A stretch of DNA of 59,687 nt from Bacteroidales bacterium (GTDB lineage: Bacteria > Bacteroidota > Bacteroidia > Bacteroidales > JAIPAH01): assembly GCA_021740175.1 (NCBI GenBank), contig JAIPAH010000001.1, positions 1 through 59,687 of the forward strand, read 5' to 3'. The position numbers and the translations under genes are program-made. Positions within the stretch are counted from its first letter, which is position 1, and each line of letters starts with the position of its first letter. Positions 27,102 to 36,436 of the stretch are shown piece after piece. A model generated the notes under the pieces. It searched no databases. It saw nothing but the letters and a program-made list of their open reading frames with translations, and was not told the origin of the DNA.

Positions 27102-27274
27102 AAAACCTTATTCGTCTCTCTTCAGCTTAGTAGAAAGTAAATTCCCCCCATGAACTGTCAACCTTATTAGCTTATTGGGAGCAATGAAAGGGCGGGCATT
27201 TTATCAAATAAGGTTAGAAGGGAAGGTGGGACTATATACCTACTAAGCTTAAAGAGGCTGAGGAATAAGGTTTT
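27102..27274. repeat. Long imperfect inverted-repeat element (MITE-like or structured RNA)
   Basis: AAAACCTTATTC (27102-27113) pairs perfectly with GAATAAGGTTTT (27263-27274). AGCTTAGTAG (27124-27133) pairs perfectly with CTACTAAGCT (27240-27249). An inner pair is CAACCTTATT / AATAAGGTTAG. Confidence 0.65.
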
Positions 27275-27376
27275 ATAGTCTCACACGTTTTAGGTGGAAT
27301 GTGTGATAGCATATCGACTAGTATACTTGTTTTGTATACCAAAAAGATATACCTTTGTGGTACAAAAGATGAAATT

Positions 27377-27607
27377 ATGAAAACAGTATCACTAAAAATA
27401 GACGATTCAATTTTCGGCGAGACTGAAAGGATACTTGCCCGGATAAAGAAACCGCGTAATCGATATATTAATGAGGCGATTGCGTATTATAATAAACTTC
27501 AACGTAAGCAGATTCTTGAGAACAAACTAAAAAAGGAATCTGACCTCGTCAAATCGGATTCAATGTCCGTACTTAAAGACTTCGGGGAGATGGATTATGA
27601 CGATTAA
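27377..27607 (+). CDS. Ribbon-helix-helix (CopG/MazE-like) antitoxin
   Basis: MKTVSLKIDDSIFGETERILARIKKPRNRYINEAIAYYN. I prefer the internal ATG at 27377. It overlaps the toxin gene by 11 nt. Confidence 0.7.
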   Translation: MKTVSLKIDDSIFGETERILARIKKPRNRYINEAIAYYNKLQRKQILENKLKKESDLVKSDSMSVLKDFGEMDYDD

Positions 27608-27944
27608 ACAATACGAAATCTGGATTGCGGACTTAAATCCACAGATTGGAACCGTATCAGGAAAAACAAGACCGGTTTTAGCGATTCAGACTAATTTGCT
27701 CAATAAGATACCTCACCCATCAACAATTGTTTGTCCGATTACAACAAACGTTATTAGGGATTCTGAGATTTTAAGAGTTCATCTGAAAGAAGGGACTGCA
27801 AATATGCATCAAGCGTGTGATATAATGATTGACCAAATTCGCGCGATTGACAATAAAAGACTGACTGAAAAGATTGGTGTTTTGCCTGCTGAGCTGATTG
27901 AGAAAGTGAAAGAGAACATGCAGATTGTACTTGACCTTGAATAA
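27597..27944 (+). CDS. PemK/MazF-family endoribonuclease toxin
   Basis: 115 aa with YEIWIADLNPQIGTVSGKTRPVLAIQTN and IDQIRAIDNKRL. Confidence 0.88.
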   Translation: MTIKQYEIWIADLNPQIGTVSGKTRPVLAIQTNLLNKIPHPSTIVCPITTNVIRDSEILRVHLKEGTANMHQACDIMIDQIRAIDNKRLTEKIGVLPAELIEKVKENMQIVLDLE

Positions 27945-28322
27945 AGCACGACATCAACCCTATACTTTGTCGGGCTGGCAGTTTTTTTTCAGAACAGATT
28001 CAAAAATTGCAAGGTTTCAAATCCAAACAAAACCAAATCTATGCAGCATGTCGTGAAGATTGGAGTTCAACATGCTTTACATTAACATCCTGATTTTATA
28101 AATTCTATGGGTAATTTTATGGTTAAAACCGCAATTGTCATAAAATCGAACAGCTATGTACCCTAAGATTTTTTCAGGATACCGGGAAGAAATACTATTT
28201 CCAGGTATTTTTAAAAACCCTGTGATTCGACGAATTATAACTTTTAAGTAAAGCTGGTGTATCCGTAGGTCAGAGGTATAGGAACATTACTGCCTCCCAA
28301 GAGTTTTATACTGAATATGGGC

Positions 28323-28351
28323 TAAAAAAGACCGCTGTTAAAGCGGTCTTT
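28323..28351 (-). terminator. Intrinsic terminator of the lectin gene
   Basis: AAAGACCGC pairs with GCGGTCTTT around a 7-nt loop. A U-run follows on the minus strand. It begins 19 nt past the stop at 28370. Confidence 0.72.
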
Positions 28352-28369
28352 ATCGACATAGGGATGGCC

Positions 28370-28882
28370 TTAAACCTTCACAAACTTCCATTTTGCCATT
28401 TGGCTCTTATTCCACAAAATAACATTTGTTCCTTTTGAAGGATTGCTGTATTGCGGCGAGATAAAGTAGTCACTGTCGTAAGGCTGAAGGTGATAATACC
28501 CCGAACCGGCATAGATAATTTTGAATTTCTGCGCTTTGTCGCTGTTGGCGACCCAAATCTGCATGTTATCGCCATGGTTATTTTTACCCCCGGACACATC
28601 CAGCATCTTTCCACTTTTTTCGTTCAGGAGGTAATAATATCCATCGGGAGCCATGACAATCCGAAATTGTTGTGCTCGTGAATCGTTACGTTCCCATAAT
28701 CTTACATTGGTTCCCTTGTTTGTTTCACCACCTTCTATATCCAGCGCATAGCCCGAATGGTTAAGCAATACGTAGGCATGATTGTCATCGGGTAATCTCT
28801 TTTGAGCTTGATGACTCGTCTGTGCATGGGCACTCACGAGATAAATCGCGAAAAATAATAATATTGTTGCTGCTTTTTTCAT
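28370..28882 (-). CDS. Secreted ricin-B-type (beta-trefoil) lectin domain protein
   Basis: 170 aa with a signal peptide and three QxW-like repeats (AQQFRI, AQKFKI, MAKWKF). Confidence 0.72.
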   Translation of the reverse strand: MKKAATILLFFAIYLVSAHAQTSHQAQKRLPDDNHAYVLLNHSGYALDIEGGETNKGTNVRLWERNDSRAQQFRIVMAPDGYYYLLNEKSGKMLDVSGGKNNHGDNMQIWVANSDKAQKFKIIYAGSGYYHLQPYDSDYFISPQYSNPSKGTNVILWNKSQMAKWKFVKV

Positions 28883-29181
28883 TGCTACACTTTTTTGGTT
28901 TTCATGGTTATGGTTGTATCAGCAGATAGGATTTGAAAACCACATCCCTATTTTTGATAAATTTTTGAATCAACTCAAGAAATGACAGACCATTATGAAA
29001 CTCACAAACCTTATAGCTTTGCAACAATAAACCGGATTTCCTGATCAAGTTGTTAAAGAACAAGTTTGGAGTTTTTGGATGTCATAAGCGGGAAGTACTT
29101 TATAACATGTCTTGAAATATTAAAAAACTATTCTTATATTTTGCCGTTCAAAACAGTGAGAAACGAAAAAAACAAACAATC

Positions 29182-30015
29182 ATGGAAATAACAAATCTCA
29201 GAGGAACAACACGTTTATACAACGGAGTGGAAATGCCCTATCTTGGTTTGGGTGTTTTTCGAATGAAAGACGGAGAAGAGGTGGAAAATGCGGTAACCTG
29301 GGCATTGGATGCTGGATATCGCCATATTGATACTGCTGCTGTCTACAGAAATGAAACCGGCGTGGGCAATGCCATCCGCAACAGTACACTCAGGCGAAAC
29401 GAGATTTTTCTCACTTCCAAACTCTGGAATACCGATCAGGGCTACGACAGCACAAAAAAAGCGCTGGACGAATCGCTGAAACGCCTGCAGACCGACTACC
29501 TCGATCTCTACCTCATCCACTGGCCGGTGGAAGACAAATACACCGACACCTGGAAAGCGATGGAAGACCTTTACGACGAAGGGAAAGTCCGGGCCATCGG
29601 AGTGAGCAATTTCAAGCAACACCACCTCGAACACCTACTGGACTTTGTCCGCATTAAACCCATGGTCGACCAGATGGAGTTTCATCCTTATCTTATTCAG
29701 CAGGATTTGGTGGATTTTTGTGGCGCTAATGACATCCAGTATGAAGCATGGAGCCCACTGATGCAGGGCAATATTGTAGACGTGCCGGTAGTGAAAGAAG
29801 TAGCGAAGAAATACAGCAAACCCCCCGCCCAGGTAGCTATACGCTGGGGGCTGCAGAAAGGCATCGTCATGATCCCCAAATCTTCACGAAAAGAACGCAT
29901 TAAGGAAAATGCCGATGTTTTTGATTTTATCATTGAGGAAGGAGACATGAGAAGGCTCGATAATCTGGACCGGGATAAACGCTACGGCCCTGATCCGGAC
30001 TCATTTGCTTTTTAG
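29182..30015 (+). CDS. Aldo/keto reductase
   Basis: 277 aa with DTAAVYRNE, LYLIHWP and IPKSS motifs. Confidence 0.92.
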   Translation: MEITNLRGTTRLYNGVEMPYLGLGVFRMKDGEEVENAVTWALDAGYRHIDTAAVYRNETGVGNAIRNSTLRRNEIFLTSKLWNTDQGYDSTKKALDESLKRLQTDYLDLYLIHWPVEDKYTDTWKAMEDLYDEGKVRAIGVSNFKQHHLEHLLDFVRIKPMVDQMEFHPYLIQQDLVDFCGANDIQYEAWSPLMQGNIVDVPVVKEVAKKYSKPPAQVAIRWGLQKGIVMIPKSSRKERIKENADVFDFIIEEGDMRRLDNLDRDKRYGPDPDSFAF

Positions 30016-30197
30016 AAAGTGTCTCTGGATCCTGTGGTTTGCAGAATGAAAGCCTTCTTAATCCGAAGTTCATGGCCGAATCATGTTGACATAAAGAATG
30101 TCACATACAATTTGTTATAAAATAGAGAGAGCGTCAACAAATAGGTGTTTTTTTCCTATATTTGGAGGAAAAGGATTGACAACTATTTTATGAATTT

Positions 30198-31103
30198 ATG
30201 AAGCCACTTATCCAACAATTACAAGAAAAGCAGGAATCTTTCGATACTTTTATTGATCTCACAAAACGTATACTGTCATACGCTCCCAATGTGTTAAGCG
30301 CTAAATATACTAAGGGTGTATATGACTTATATATTGCAGAATCCGCAAATAATATTAAAAGAGTTCGTCCTGTTAACCGGGAATTGATAATATGGGATAT
30401 CAGCGAGTTTGAAAAATGTGCCTCCAATACAAAAGAAATTCTTAATCATCTTTATCAAAGACAAAAAATTGAAGCGAAGTACAAAAGAAATCTAAAAAAC
30501 CAAGTAAATAAAACATTATACACAATCCAGCAAATGATAGGAATTGGACTTGATCTACTTGGCGAGTCCAATAGTTCTCGAAAGCATGTCGGAAATCGAT
30601 TTGAAGAGTTGATAAGAAGTATTATCAATGAGATTGGATTAGCAAATAAGAGGATTGTGCTGAAAATCCCTTATAGCTCCTCGGAGGGGACAAAAATATA
30701 TCGGTGTGAAAATGATTTAATTGTTTCGCCCTATGCCAAAGTGGAATCGACAGAAAATAATATTGATGAAAATGAATTAGTCCTCTCCGTTAAGACCACC
30801 TCAAAAGACAGGATGGGAAAAATGTTTATCGATAAGATGCTTCTGGAGCGCTTTAATAACCATCCAATTAAATTCATTGGAATCTTTTTGAATGATGTTC
30901 AGCGAAAATCAGAGGAAAGCATAAGTCATACATTGGTTTCAGGTCTTTTCATGGTCTATTCTTCTTTTCTCGTTGAGCTGGATGGCGTATTTTACATTGA
31001 TAAGCCCCCTGTCACAGATAGGGAGCCACACAGCAAATTCATCAAAAGTTTTACTGATTTTATTTTTGATGATATCTGGAAGTTACTCCAATCACCCTCT
31101 TAA
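30198..31103 (+). CDS. Putative type II restriction endonuclease (PD-(D/E)xK-like)
   Basis: 301 aa. The candidate catalytic block is ENDLIVSP...ELVLSVKTTSKDR. It converges on the adjacent methyltransferase and overlaps it by 12 nt. The gene is AT-rich by eye. Confidence 0.5.
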   Translation: MKPLIQQLQEKQESFDTFIDLTKRILSYAPNVLSAKYTKGVYDLYIAESANNIKRVRPVNRELIIWDISEFEKCASNTKEILNHLYQRQKIEAKYKRNLKNQVNKTLYTIQQMIGIGLDLLGESNSSRKHVGNRFEELIRSIINEIGLANKRIVLKIPYSSSEGTKIYRCENDLIVSPYAKVESTENNIDENELVLSVKTTSKDRMGKMFIDKMLLERFNNHPIKFIGIFLNDVQRKSEESISHTLVSGLFMVYSSFLVELDGVFYIDKPPVTDREPHSKFIKSFTDFIFDDIWKLLQSPS

Positions 31104-32153
31104 ATCTTTTCTTCTCTTCACGGCCTCGTTTTCATCCTTTGATGTGGCAATACGTTGTATGTGCTCATTATCCGAAAGTCTTTTCTCTACTATTTCACAG
31201 TATACCTTTTCCAGTTCTGCCCCAAGCCATTTTCTTTTATAAGCTTCGGCGACAGCATAGGTAGTTCCCGATCCGCCAAACGGGTCGACGACAAGGTCAT
31301 TTTCATGAGATGAAGATAAGATGATTTTTCTTAAAAGTTCGACGGGTTTCTGCGTGGTATGCGGGTATTTTTCCCAGGAACCATTTGAAAGTGTTGGAAT
31401 CTCAAGTACGTCTTTGGGTTTTGCCCCAAGCGGGTTAGGCTCCCAATCATATTTTTTGTTGTTGTGATTATATTGCGAGGTGGTTGCCTGAGTGCGCCGG
31501 GGATATTTGAGCGTGTGTTGATTATAGGGAATGCGTATGGGATCAATATTGAATTGAAAATGTTTGCTCTTTCTGAAATGAAGGATGCTCTCATGGGACC
31601 GTCCCCAGTCATTTCCGAGATTGGCCTTATTTCGGTAATACCAGACTAACCACTTGCATCCTTTGAAAAGCGGTGCCGCTGCCCATTTTATATCAGCTAA
31701 TATTTCGGAAAAGCCGCAGATATAGAGCGATCCGGTAGACTTTAAAACACGATTTGCCTCTCTAATCCAGGTCATGCTCCAGTCAACGTATTCTTTTTGT
31801 GAAGAAAAAGTATCCCACTGAGCTTTTTTGATGTTGTAAGGCGGATCAGCAAAAATCAAATGAATGGAATCATCGTCCAGGCTTTTTAAAAATTCCACAG
31901 CATCCATATGATAAAGCTGTCCATAAGATGTTGAGAAATAAGAATTATAATCAACCAATTTCTTTCTGGGATAGGTAAGTTCCAGTTGCATTTCTTCAGC
32001 CAATGTCATAAGTTGTTCCTCGGGATAAACCCGATAGTTATTCATAGGGTTACGCACACTCTTAAACTTGCCTTCTTTGTCCCATCTCCTGAGTGTCTCT
32101 GTGCTTACTTTCAGAAACGCGGCTGCTTCGCTGATTGAATATATTTTTTTCAT
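31092..32153 (-). CDS. DNA methyltransferase (beta-class N6-adenine or N4-cytosine) with N-terminal MerR/excisionase-type HTH
   Basis: 353 aa with HTH YSISEAAAFLKVSTETLRRWDKEG, motif IV IFADPPYNI and motif I VDPFGGSGTT near the C-terminus. Confidence 0.9.
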   Translation of the reverse strand: MKKIYSISEAAAFLKVSTETLRRWDKEGKFKSVRNPMNNYRVYPEEQLMTLAEEMQLELTYPRKKLVDYNSYFSTSYGQLYHMDAVEFLKSLDDDSIHLIFADPPYNIKKAQWDTFSSQKEYVDWSMTWIREANRVLKSTGSLYICGFSEILADIKWAAAPLFKGCKWLVWYYRNKANLGNDWGRSHESILHFRKSKHFQFNIDPIRIPYNQHTLKYPRRTQATTSQYNHNNKKYDWEPNPLGAKPKDVLEIPTLSNGSWEKYPHTTQKPVELLRKIILSSSHENDLVVDPFGGSGTTYAVAEAYKRKWLGAELEKVYCEIVEKRLSDNEHIQRIATSKDENEAVKRRKDLRG

Positions 32154-32282
32154 AACTTTAGGTAAGGTTATACAACGTTATGCAAAATTATGATTTTTGT
32201 GATAAAATATTACTGTTTGGTAATAAAAGTTTAAATTTACATGTAAGATATTTTACTGTTTTATTAAATTAAAAGAAAAACA

Positions 32283-33299
32283 ATGTACAACAAACTAATA
32301 ACGAACCTCCGCCCCTTGGGCTTTACCTGGCAGACCAGCGATCCGTTTCTGTTTTGCGTCCACCATAATGATAAATATCCCAAAGGCAATGACCGGATGG
32401 GGCCTGATGCTTCGCTGGCCGGGAGAAATCTCGGACAGGATTTTGCGGTGAAGGATGGCTGGCGAATGTATCACGGTGAAACCGTTCCGGGCTTTCCGGC
32501 GCATCCCCACCGTGGATTTGAAACCATCACCGTGGTGCTGGAAGGGTTCGTCGACCATTCGGATTCGTTTGGTGCAGCCGGCCGTTATGGCAACGGCGAT
32601 GTGCAGTGGATGACCGCAGGAGCTGGCCTCCAGCACGCCGAGATGTTTCCGCTGGTCTACAAGGATAAACCCAATCCGCTGGAGCTTTTCCAGATTTGGC
32701 TGAACCTGCCCAAAGCCAAAAAGTTTGCCGAGCCTTTTTATAAAATGCTGTGGGCAGAAGATATCCCGGTTCATGAAGTAAATGATGAGCAAGGGTTAAC
32801 CTCAAAAATAACCGTCATTGCCGGTGAATTCGGGGAGGCCAATGCGCCGGCGCCGGCCCCCGATTCCTGGGCCGCCGATCCTGAGAATGAGATAGGAATC
32901 TGGTTGATAGAAATGGAGCCTGATGCCTTTTTGGAAATTCCTCCGGTCTCTCTCGAAACGCGGCGCTCACTCTATTTTTATCGTGGTTCGGGAATCAACA
33001 TCGCCGGAGTAGATGTAAAGCCTTACAATGAGGTGGAATTGCTGGCCGATCAGCCGGTAAAGATAGAAAATGGTTCGGAGAGAGGCTACCTGCTGATGCT
33101 GCAGGGACGCCCAATCAACGAACCAGTTGTGCAGCACGGCCCGTTTGTCATGAATCACGGAGCTGAAATCAAACAGGCCTTCCTGGATTATCGCAAAACG
33201 CAATTCGGTGGCTGGCCATGGGAACGTCATGACAATGTTCATTCCCGCGACACAAGAAGGTTTGCTAAATATGAGGATGGAAGCGAGGAGAAAAGGTGA
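32283..33299 (+). CDS. Pirin family protein
   Basis: 338 aa with the cupin motif HPHRGFETITVVLEG. Confidence 0.9.
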   Translation: MYNKLITNLRPLGFTWQTSDPFLFCVHHNDKYPKGNDRMGPDASLAGRNLGQDFAVKDGWRMYHGETVPGFPAHPHRGFETITVVLEGFVDHSDSFGAAGRYGNGDVQWMTAGAGLQHAEMFPLVYKDKPNPLELFQIWLNLPKAKKFAEPFYKMLWAEDIPVHEVNDEQGLTSKITVIAGEFGEANAPAPAPDSWAADPENEIGIWLIEMEPDAFLEIPPVSLETRRSLYFYRGSGINIAGVDVKPYNEVELLADQPVKIENGSERGYLLMLQGRPINEPVVQHGPFVMNHGAEIKQAFLDYRKTQFGGWPWERHDNVHSRDTRRFAKYEDGSEEKR

Positions 33300-33552
33300 G
33301 TCAGGTTATGGATGGGATGATGATTATCAGGATAGTTCAAAGCCAGCTTTATAGCATTTTTTTATCCAAAACCGGAAAGCCATGAAAAACGTATAGGCCG
33401 TCCCGAGTTAAAAGGAAGTGTCTAAAGTTTTGCATTTCTTTTAAAATCATGAATATTAATCTTCTATAAAAATACTGTTTTTGTAAATAGTCCTATATTA
33501 ATTTTTAATATTTTCCAATTATACTATACGTCTTTCTTCGTGAATCTTAGTG

Positions 33553-33602
33553 TCTTGGTGCCTTGGTGGCCTTCTTGAAGTACTGCCACAAAGACACCAA
33601 GA
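33553..33602. repeat. Imperfect 18-bp inverted repeat (hairpin)
   Basis: TCTTGGTGCCTTGGTGGC matches the reverse complement of GCCACAAAGACACCAAGA at 16/18 positions. The loop contains the palindrome CTTCTTGAAG. Confidence 0.6.
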
Positions 33603-33770
33603 CTCAAAGAAGCACAAAGCTATAACTTATCTGAAGGTAAGTCATTGCAAATCAAAGTTTCACAATCCTAACTTTCAAACGCGAAACTTTAGTAAGTGTC
33701 TCTTTTGGCTGGATCATTACCCATTACAGTTTCAGTTCTGACTATTTTATGACCCGGAGCAGCTTCCTCT

Positions 33771-34390
33771 CTAGAAATAAATTCTGTACTGCATTACAGG
33801 CATAAAGCCTAACTGGTTAATTGTCTCCACCTTATCTTTTGTGAGATTATAAGTCTGGTAATACGGATTGGTATGATTCGTAACATTTTAAATGTCAATG
33901 GCCCATTCCTGCGATATACGGGATGTTTCCATACGAAACGCCGCCCTGATGTCAGCCCTGAAATAATTGCCATATTGCCTGGAAAAAGCTCGCTCATCAT
34001 CGTAAACGGTGGTCTTTTGTTCTTTGGAAGCTTGCTTATCAATAGGTGTATAACGCTTTCCCCCGGAGGCCGTAACCCTGGCATCGAGAGAAAGCCACAT
34101 CATTTTTTCGGCATAATAGACCAGTCGTAACCTGCCACATAATGCTGGGCCTTTGAAAAATCCAGTTCATCATTGGTACGAATGTAATTTCCCTGAGTTA
34201 CTTCGGTGCGCTGCATATAAAACTGAAGGGGCAGCATTTGACTATGCAGGCCGTATGCCAAACTAAACGTATGTTTCGGGTGGGCCTTCCATTGTATTCC
34301 TGCTCTGGGTTCAACGGATTGGCTGCCTGTTAGCTCAAGGGTCATAAAATCCGATAAAATAAACGTTAATAACCATTGCTTTGTGCCCAT
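33771..34390 (-). pseudogene. Decayed C-terminal fragment of a TonB-dependent outer-membrane receptor
   Basis: Three ORF pieces join into a barrel C-terminus ending ...INQLGFMPVMQYRIYF. There is an in-frame TAA at 33888-33890 and a frameshift near 34100. No N-terminal plug or barrel remains upstream of 34390. Confidence 0.7.
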
Positions 34391-34524
34391 AATTTATGGA
34401 ATTTGTTTTTAAGGCTATGCCATGTATTAACTTTAAATATTGGCGCTAAAAATAAGCGGGCGCAAATTTATTAAATTGATGTGAATATTATCAATGATTT
34501 GTAGCTGAAATGCAAACAGGGGAA

Positions 34525-34560
34525 TACAAAACAAAAGGCTACCCTTACAAGAGCAGCCTT
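34525..34560 (-). terminator. Intrinsic terminator at the distal end of the PUL
   Basis: On the minus strand, AAGGCUGC pairs with GUAGCCUU (one G-U pair) and is followed by UUGUUUUGU. It lies about 100 nt past the stop at 34658. Confidence 0.55.
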
Positions 34561-34657
34561 TTTGCGTTGAAAAAATCAACTTCTATGAAACTTCGGAGAA
34601 AACTTTCCCTTTTACGGGATAAGATTAAGCCCTGACAAAGCAGATACCACCCTGCTT

Positions 34658-36397
34658 TTAGCGCTTAATCAATTTGCTAAAACCAACTAATTTAGTATCT
34701 TGATATACGTTAATGATGTACATTCCCTTTTCCAGTGAAGACACATCTATACGCGATGCATTCGTTTTATTTGATGTTTTCACTAGCTTACCGCTGATAT
34801 CCATGATTTCAACCCGGTTAAAATTTGCGTCTGAATCAATGGAAACAAATTCATTCACGGGATTCGGGTGAATGGACAACCGCTTTAGCTGATGCTCATT
34901 GATGCCAAGACCACCGCGCAACATAAAATCATCGAAATAGAACTGGCCGGGAGTGGTGTGGGCTTCTCCGCCAAATTGCACCACGATTTGGTCATAATTC
35001 ACACTGTCGGACACTTCGTTGAAGTCGAACTGCATGGTAACCCATTCATCGTAGGTTTCAACCGTATGTTTGACCTCAAATTGTGTTTGCCATGCATTGG
35101 CACCAAGTAAGCTGTTTTGCAGCTTCACGGCAGCAGTAGGAGTAAGGTCGCCGGAATAATCGTTGGATGAAGGGAAGTAGACCTTCATTTCAAAGACATG
35201 GCGCTCGCTCAGGTCCATTCTGTGATCAAGCTCTACTTGAGCGTTGGTATATTCAAAGTCACCGGAGCGATTGTAGTCTCCTACGTTGTTTGCATCATCC
35301 TGAGGATCCGTTGTAACCGGTAAGGCCACCATGTCCGGGTCCTGGAACATCCACTCTTCATCCGTACTCCAGTCGCCGTCTTCAAAATTTTTCTGGATAT
35401 TATTGGCTTCCAGCGGTTTTTCTTCTCCGCCGCCACCACTTTCATATCCAGGTCCTGCTACTTCATCAAAATAGTAGGTGGTGTCAGTATTGTTGCCCGG
35501 ATCAAAGAAAAGCACAATTTTGGAGTAAACGCCGTTTTCCGCATCCGGAAAATCAAATGACTTTTCCACCCATTCTTCTGTGGTCTCAATGTTTTTGAAG
35601 TTCTCAATAACACTGCTGCCGTCGGCGCTTTCCAGCTTGAGCAACATTTCTTTGGCGAGAGGCGACCACACTTTTACCGTAAAAGTGGTTGTTTCGTCAA
35701 AGTTAATGGTTCCATCCAATTCGCAGATCGCATGAGCCCAAGCCTCACTGGAACGCACAAACTCAGCAACACTGTCGCTGGTATTGATGCCTGATGGATC
35801 GGGATTTTCAATGGTTACAGGTGGATTCGGCCAGCCTGAAAAGCTTTCGTTCTGATTTTCATCAAAATCAGAGTAAATGTAAGTTTCCTGCTGTTCCCCA
35901 AACCCGGGTCCTTCCAGATCGTCGAAATAGTAGGTGTTGTCGGTGTTGTTTCCGGCATCAAAGAACAGAACGATTTTAGAGTAGACGCCGTTTTCCGCAT
36001 CCGGAAAATCAAAGGACATTTCTACCCATTCCTCGGTGGTTTCGATAGTTTGAAAATTTTCAATAAAGTTGCTGCCGTCGGCGCTTTCCAGCTTGAACAG
36101 CATTTCATTGACGATGGGCGCCCACACTTTTATCGTGAATGTGGTACCTTCATCAAAGTTGATGGTTCCATCCAGTTCGCAGAGCGCGTGGGCCCATGCT
36201 TCACCGGAGCGAACAAACTCGGCGACACTGTCGCTGGTGTTGATTCCCGATGCATCTGGATTTTCAATGGTTACTGGCGAATTAGGCCAGCCTGTAAAGC
36301 TTACGTTTTGATTGTCTTCAAAATCTGTGTAAACGTATTGAGCCTGCAGACTGAAGCTCAAAATCATTACACTCAAAAAAGTAAAAAGTGTTTTCAT
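34658..36397 (-). CDS. Secreted glycan-binding protein with three CBM-like beta-sandwich modules and a T9SS C-terminal sorting domain
   Basis: 579 aa with a signal peptide, two about 150-aa near-identical modules ending YYFDD/YYFDE, a third diverged module, and the tail SIHPNPVNEFVSI...IINVYQDTKLVGFSKLIKR. Confidence 0.75.
   Translation of the reverse strand: MKTLFTFLSVMILSFSLQAQYVYTDFEDNQNVSFTGWPNSPVTIENPDASGINTSDSVAEFVRSGEAWAHALCELDGTINFDEGTTFTIKVWAPIVNEMLFKLESADGSNFIENFQTIETTEEWVEMSFDFPDAENGVYSKIVLFFDAGNNTDNTYYFDDLEGPGFGEQQETYIYSDFDENQNESFSGWPNPPVTIENPDPSGINTSDSVAEFVRSSEAWAHAICELDGTINFDETTTFTVKVWSPLAKEMLLKLESADGSSVIENFKNIETTEEWVEKSFDFPDAENGVYSKIVLFFDPGNNTDTTYYFDEVAGPGYESGGGGEEKPLEANNIQKNFEDGDWSTDEEWMFQDPDMVALPVTTDPQDDANNVGDYNRSGDFEYTNAQVELDHRMDLSERHVFEMKVYFPSSNDYSGDLTPTAAVKLQNSLLGANAWQTQFEVKHTVETYDEWVTMQFDFNEVSDSVNYDQIVVQFGGEAHTTPGQFYFDDFMLRGGLGINEHQLKRLSIHPNPVNEFVSIDSDANFNRVEIMDISGKLVKTSNKTNASRIDVSSLEKGMYIINVYQDTKLVGFSKLIKR
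35432..36337 (-). repeat. Tandem duplication of a CBM-like module inside the CDS
   Basis: aa 21-172 (35882-36337) and aa 173-322 (35432-35881) align without gaps at roughly 80% identity. Confidence 0.85.
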
Positions 36398-36436
36398 AAG
36401 TAGTAGTGTTTAGTTAATTAATATTTATTCATAGAA

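Noticed and set aside
33550-33741. A 63-aa GTG-start ORF.
   Set aside because: It begins inside the TCTTGGTG hairpin repeat and encodes a low-complexity basic peptide. It is probably non-coding.
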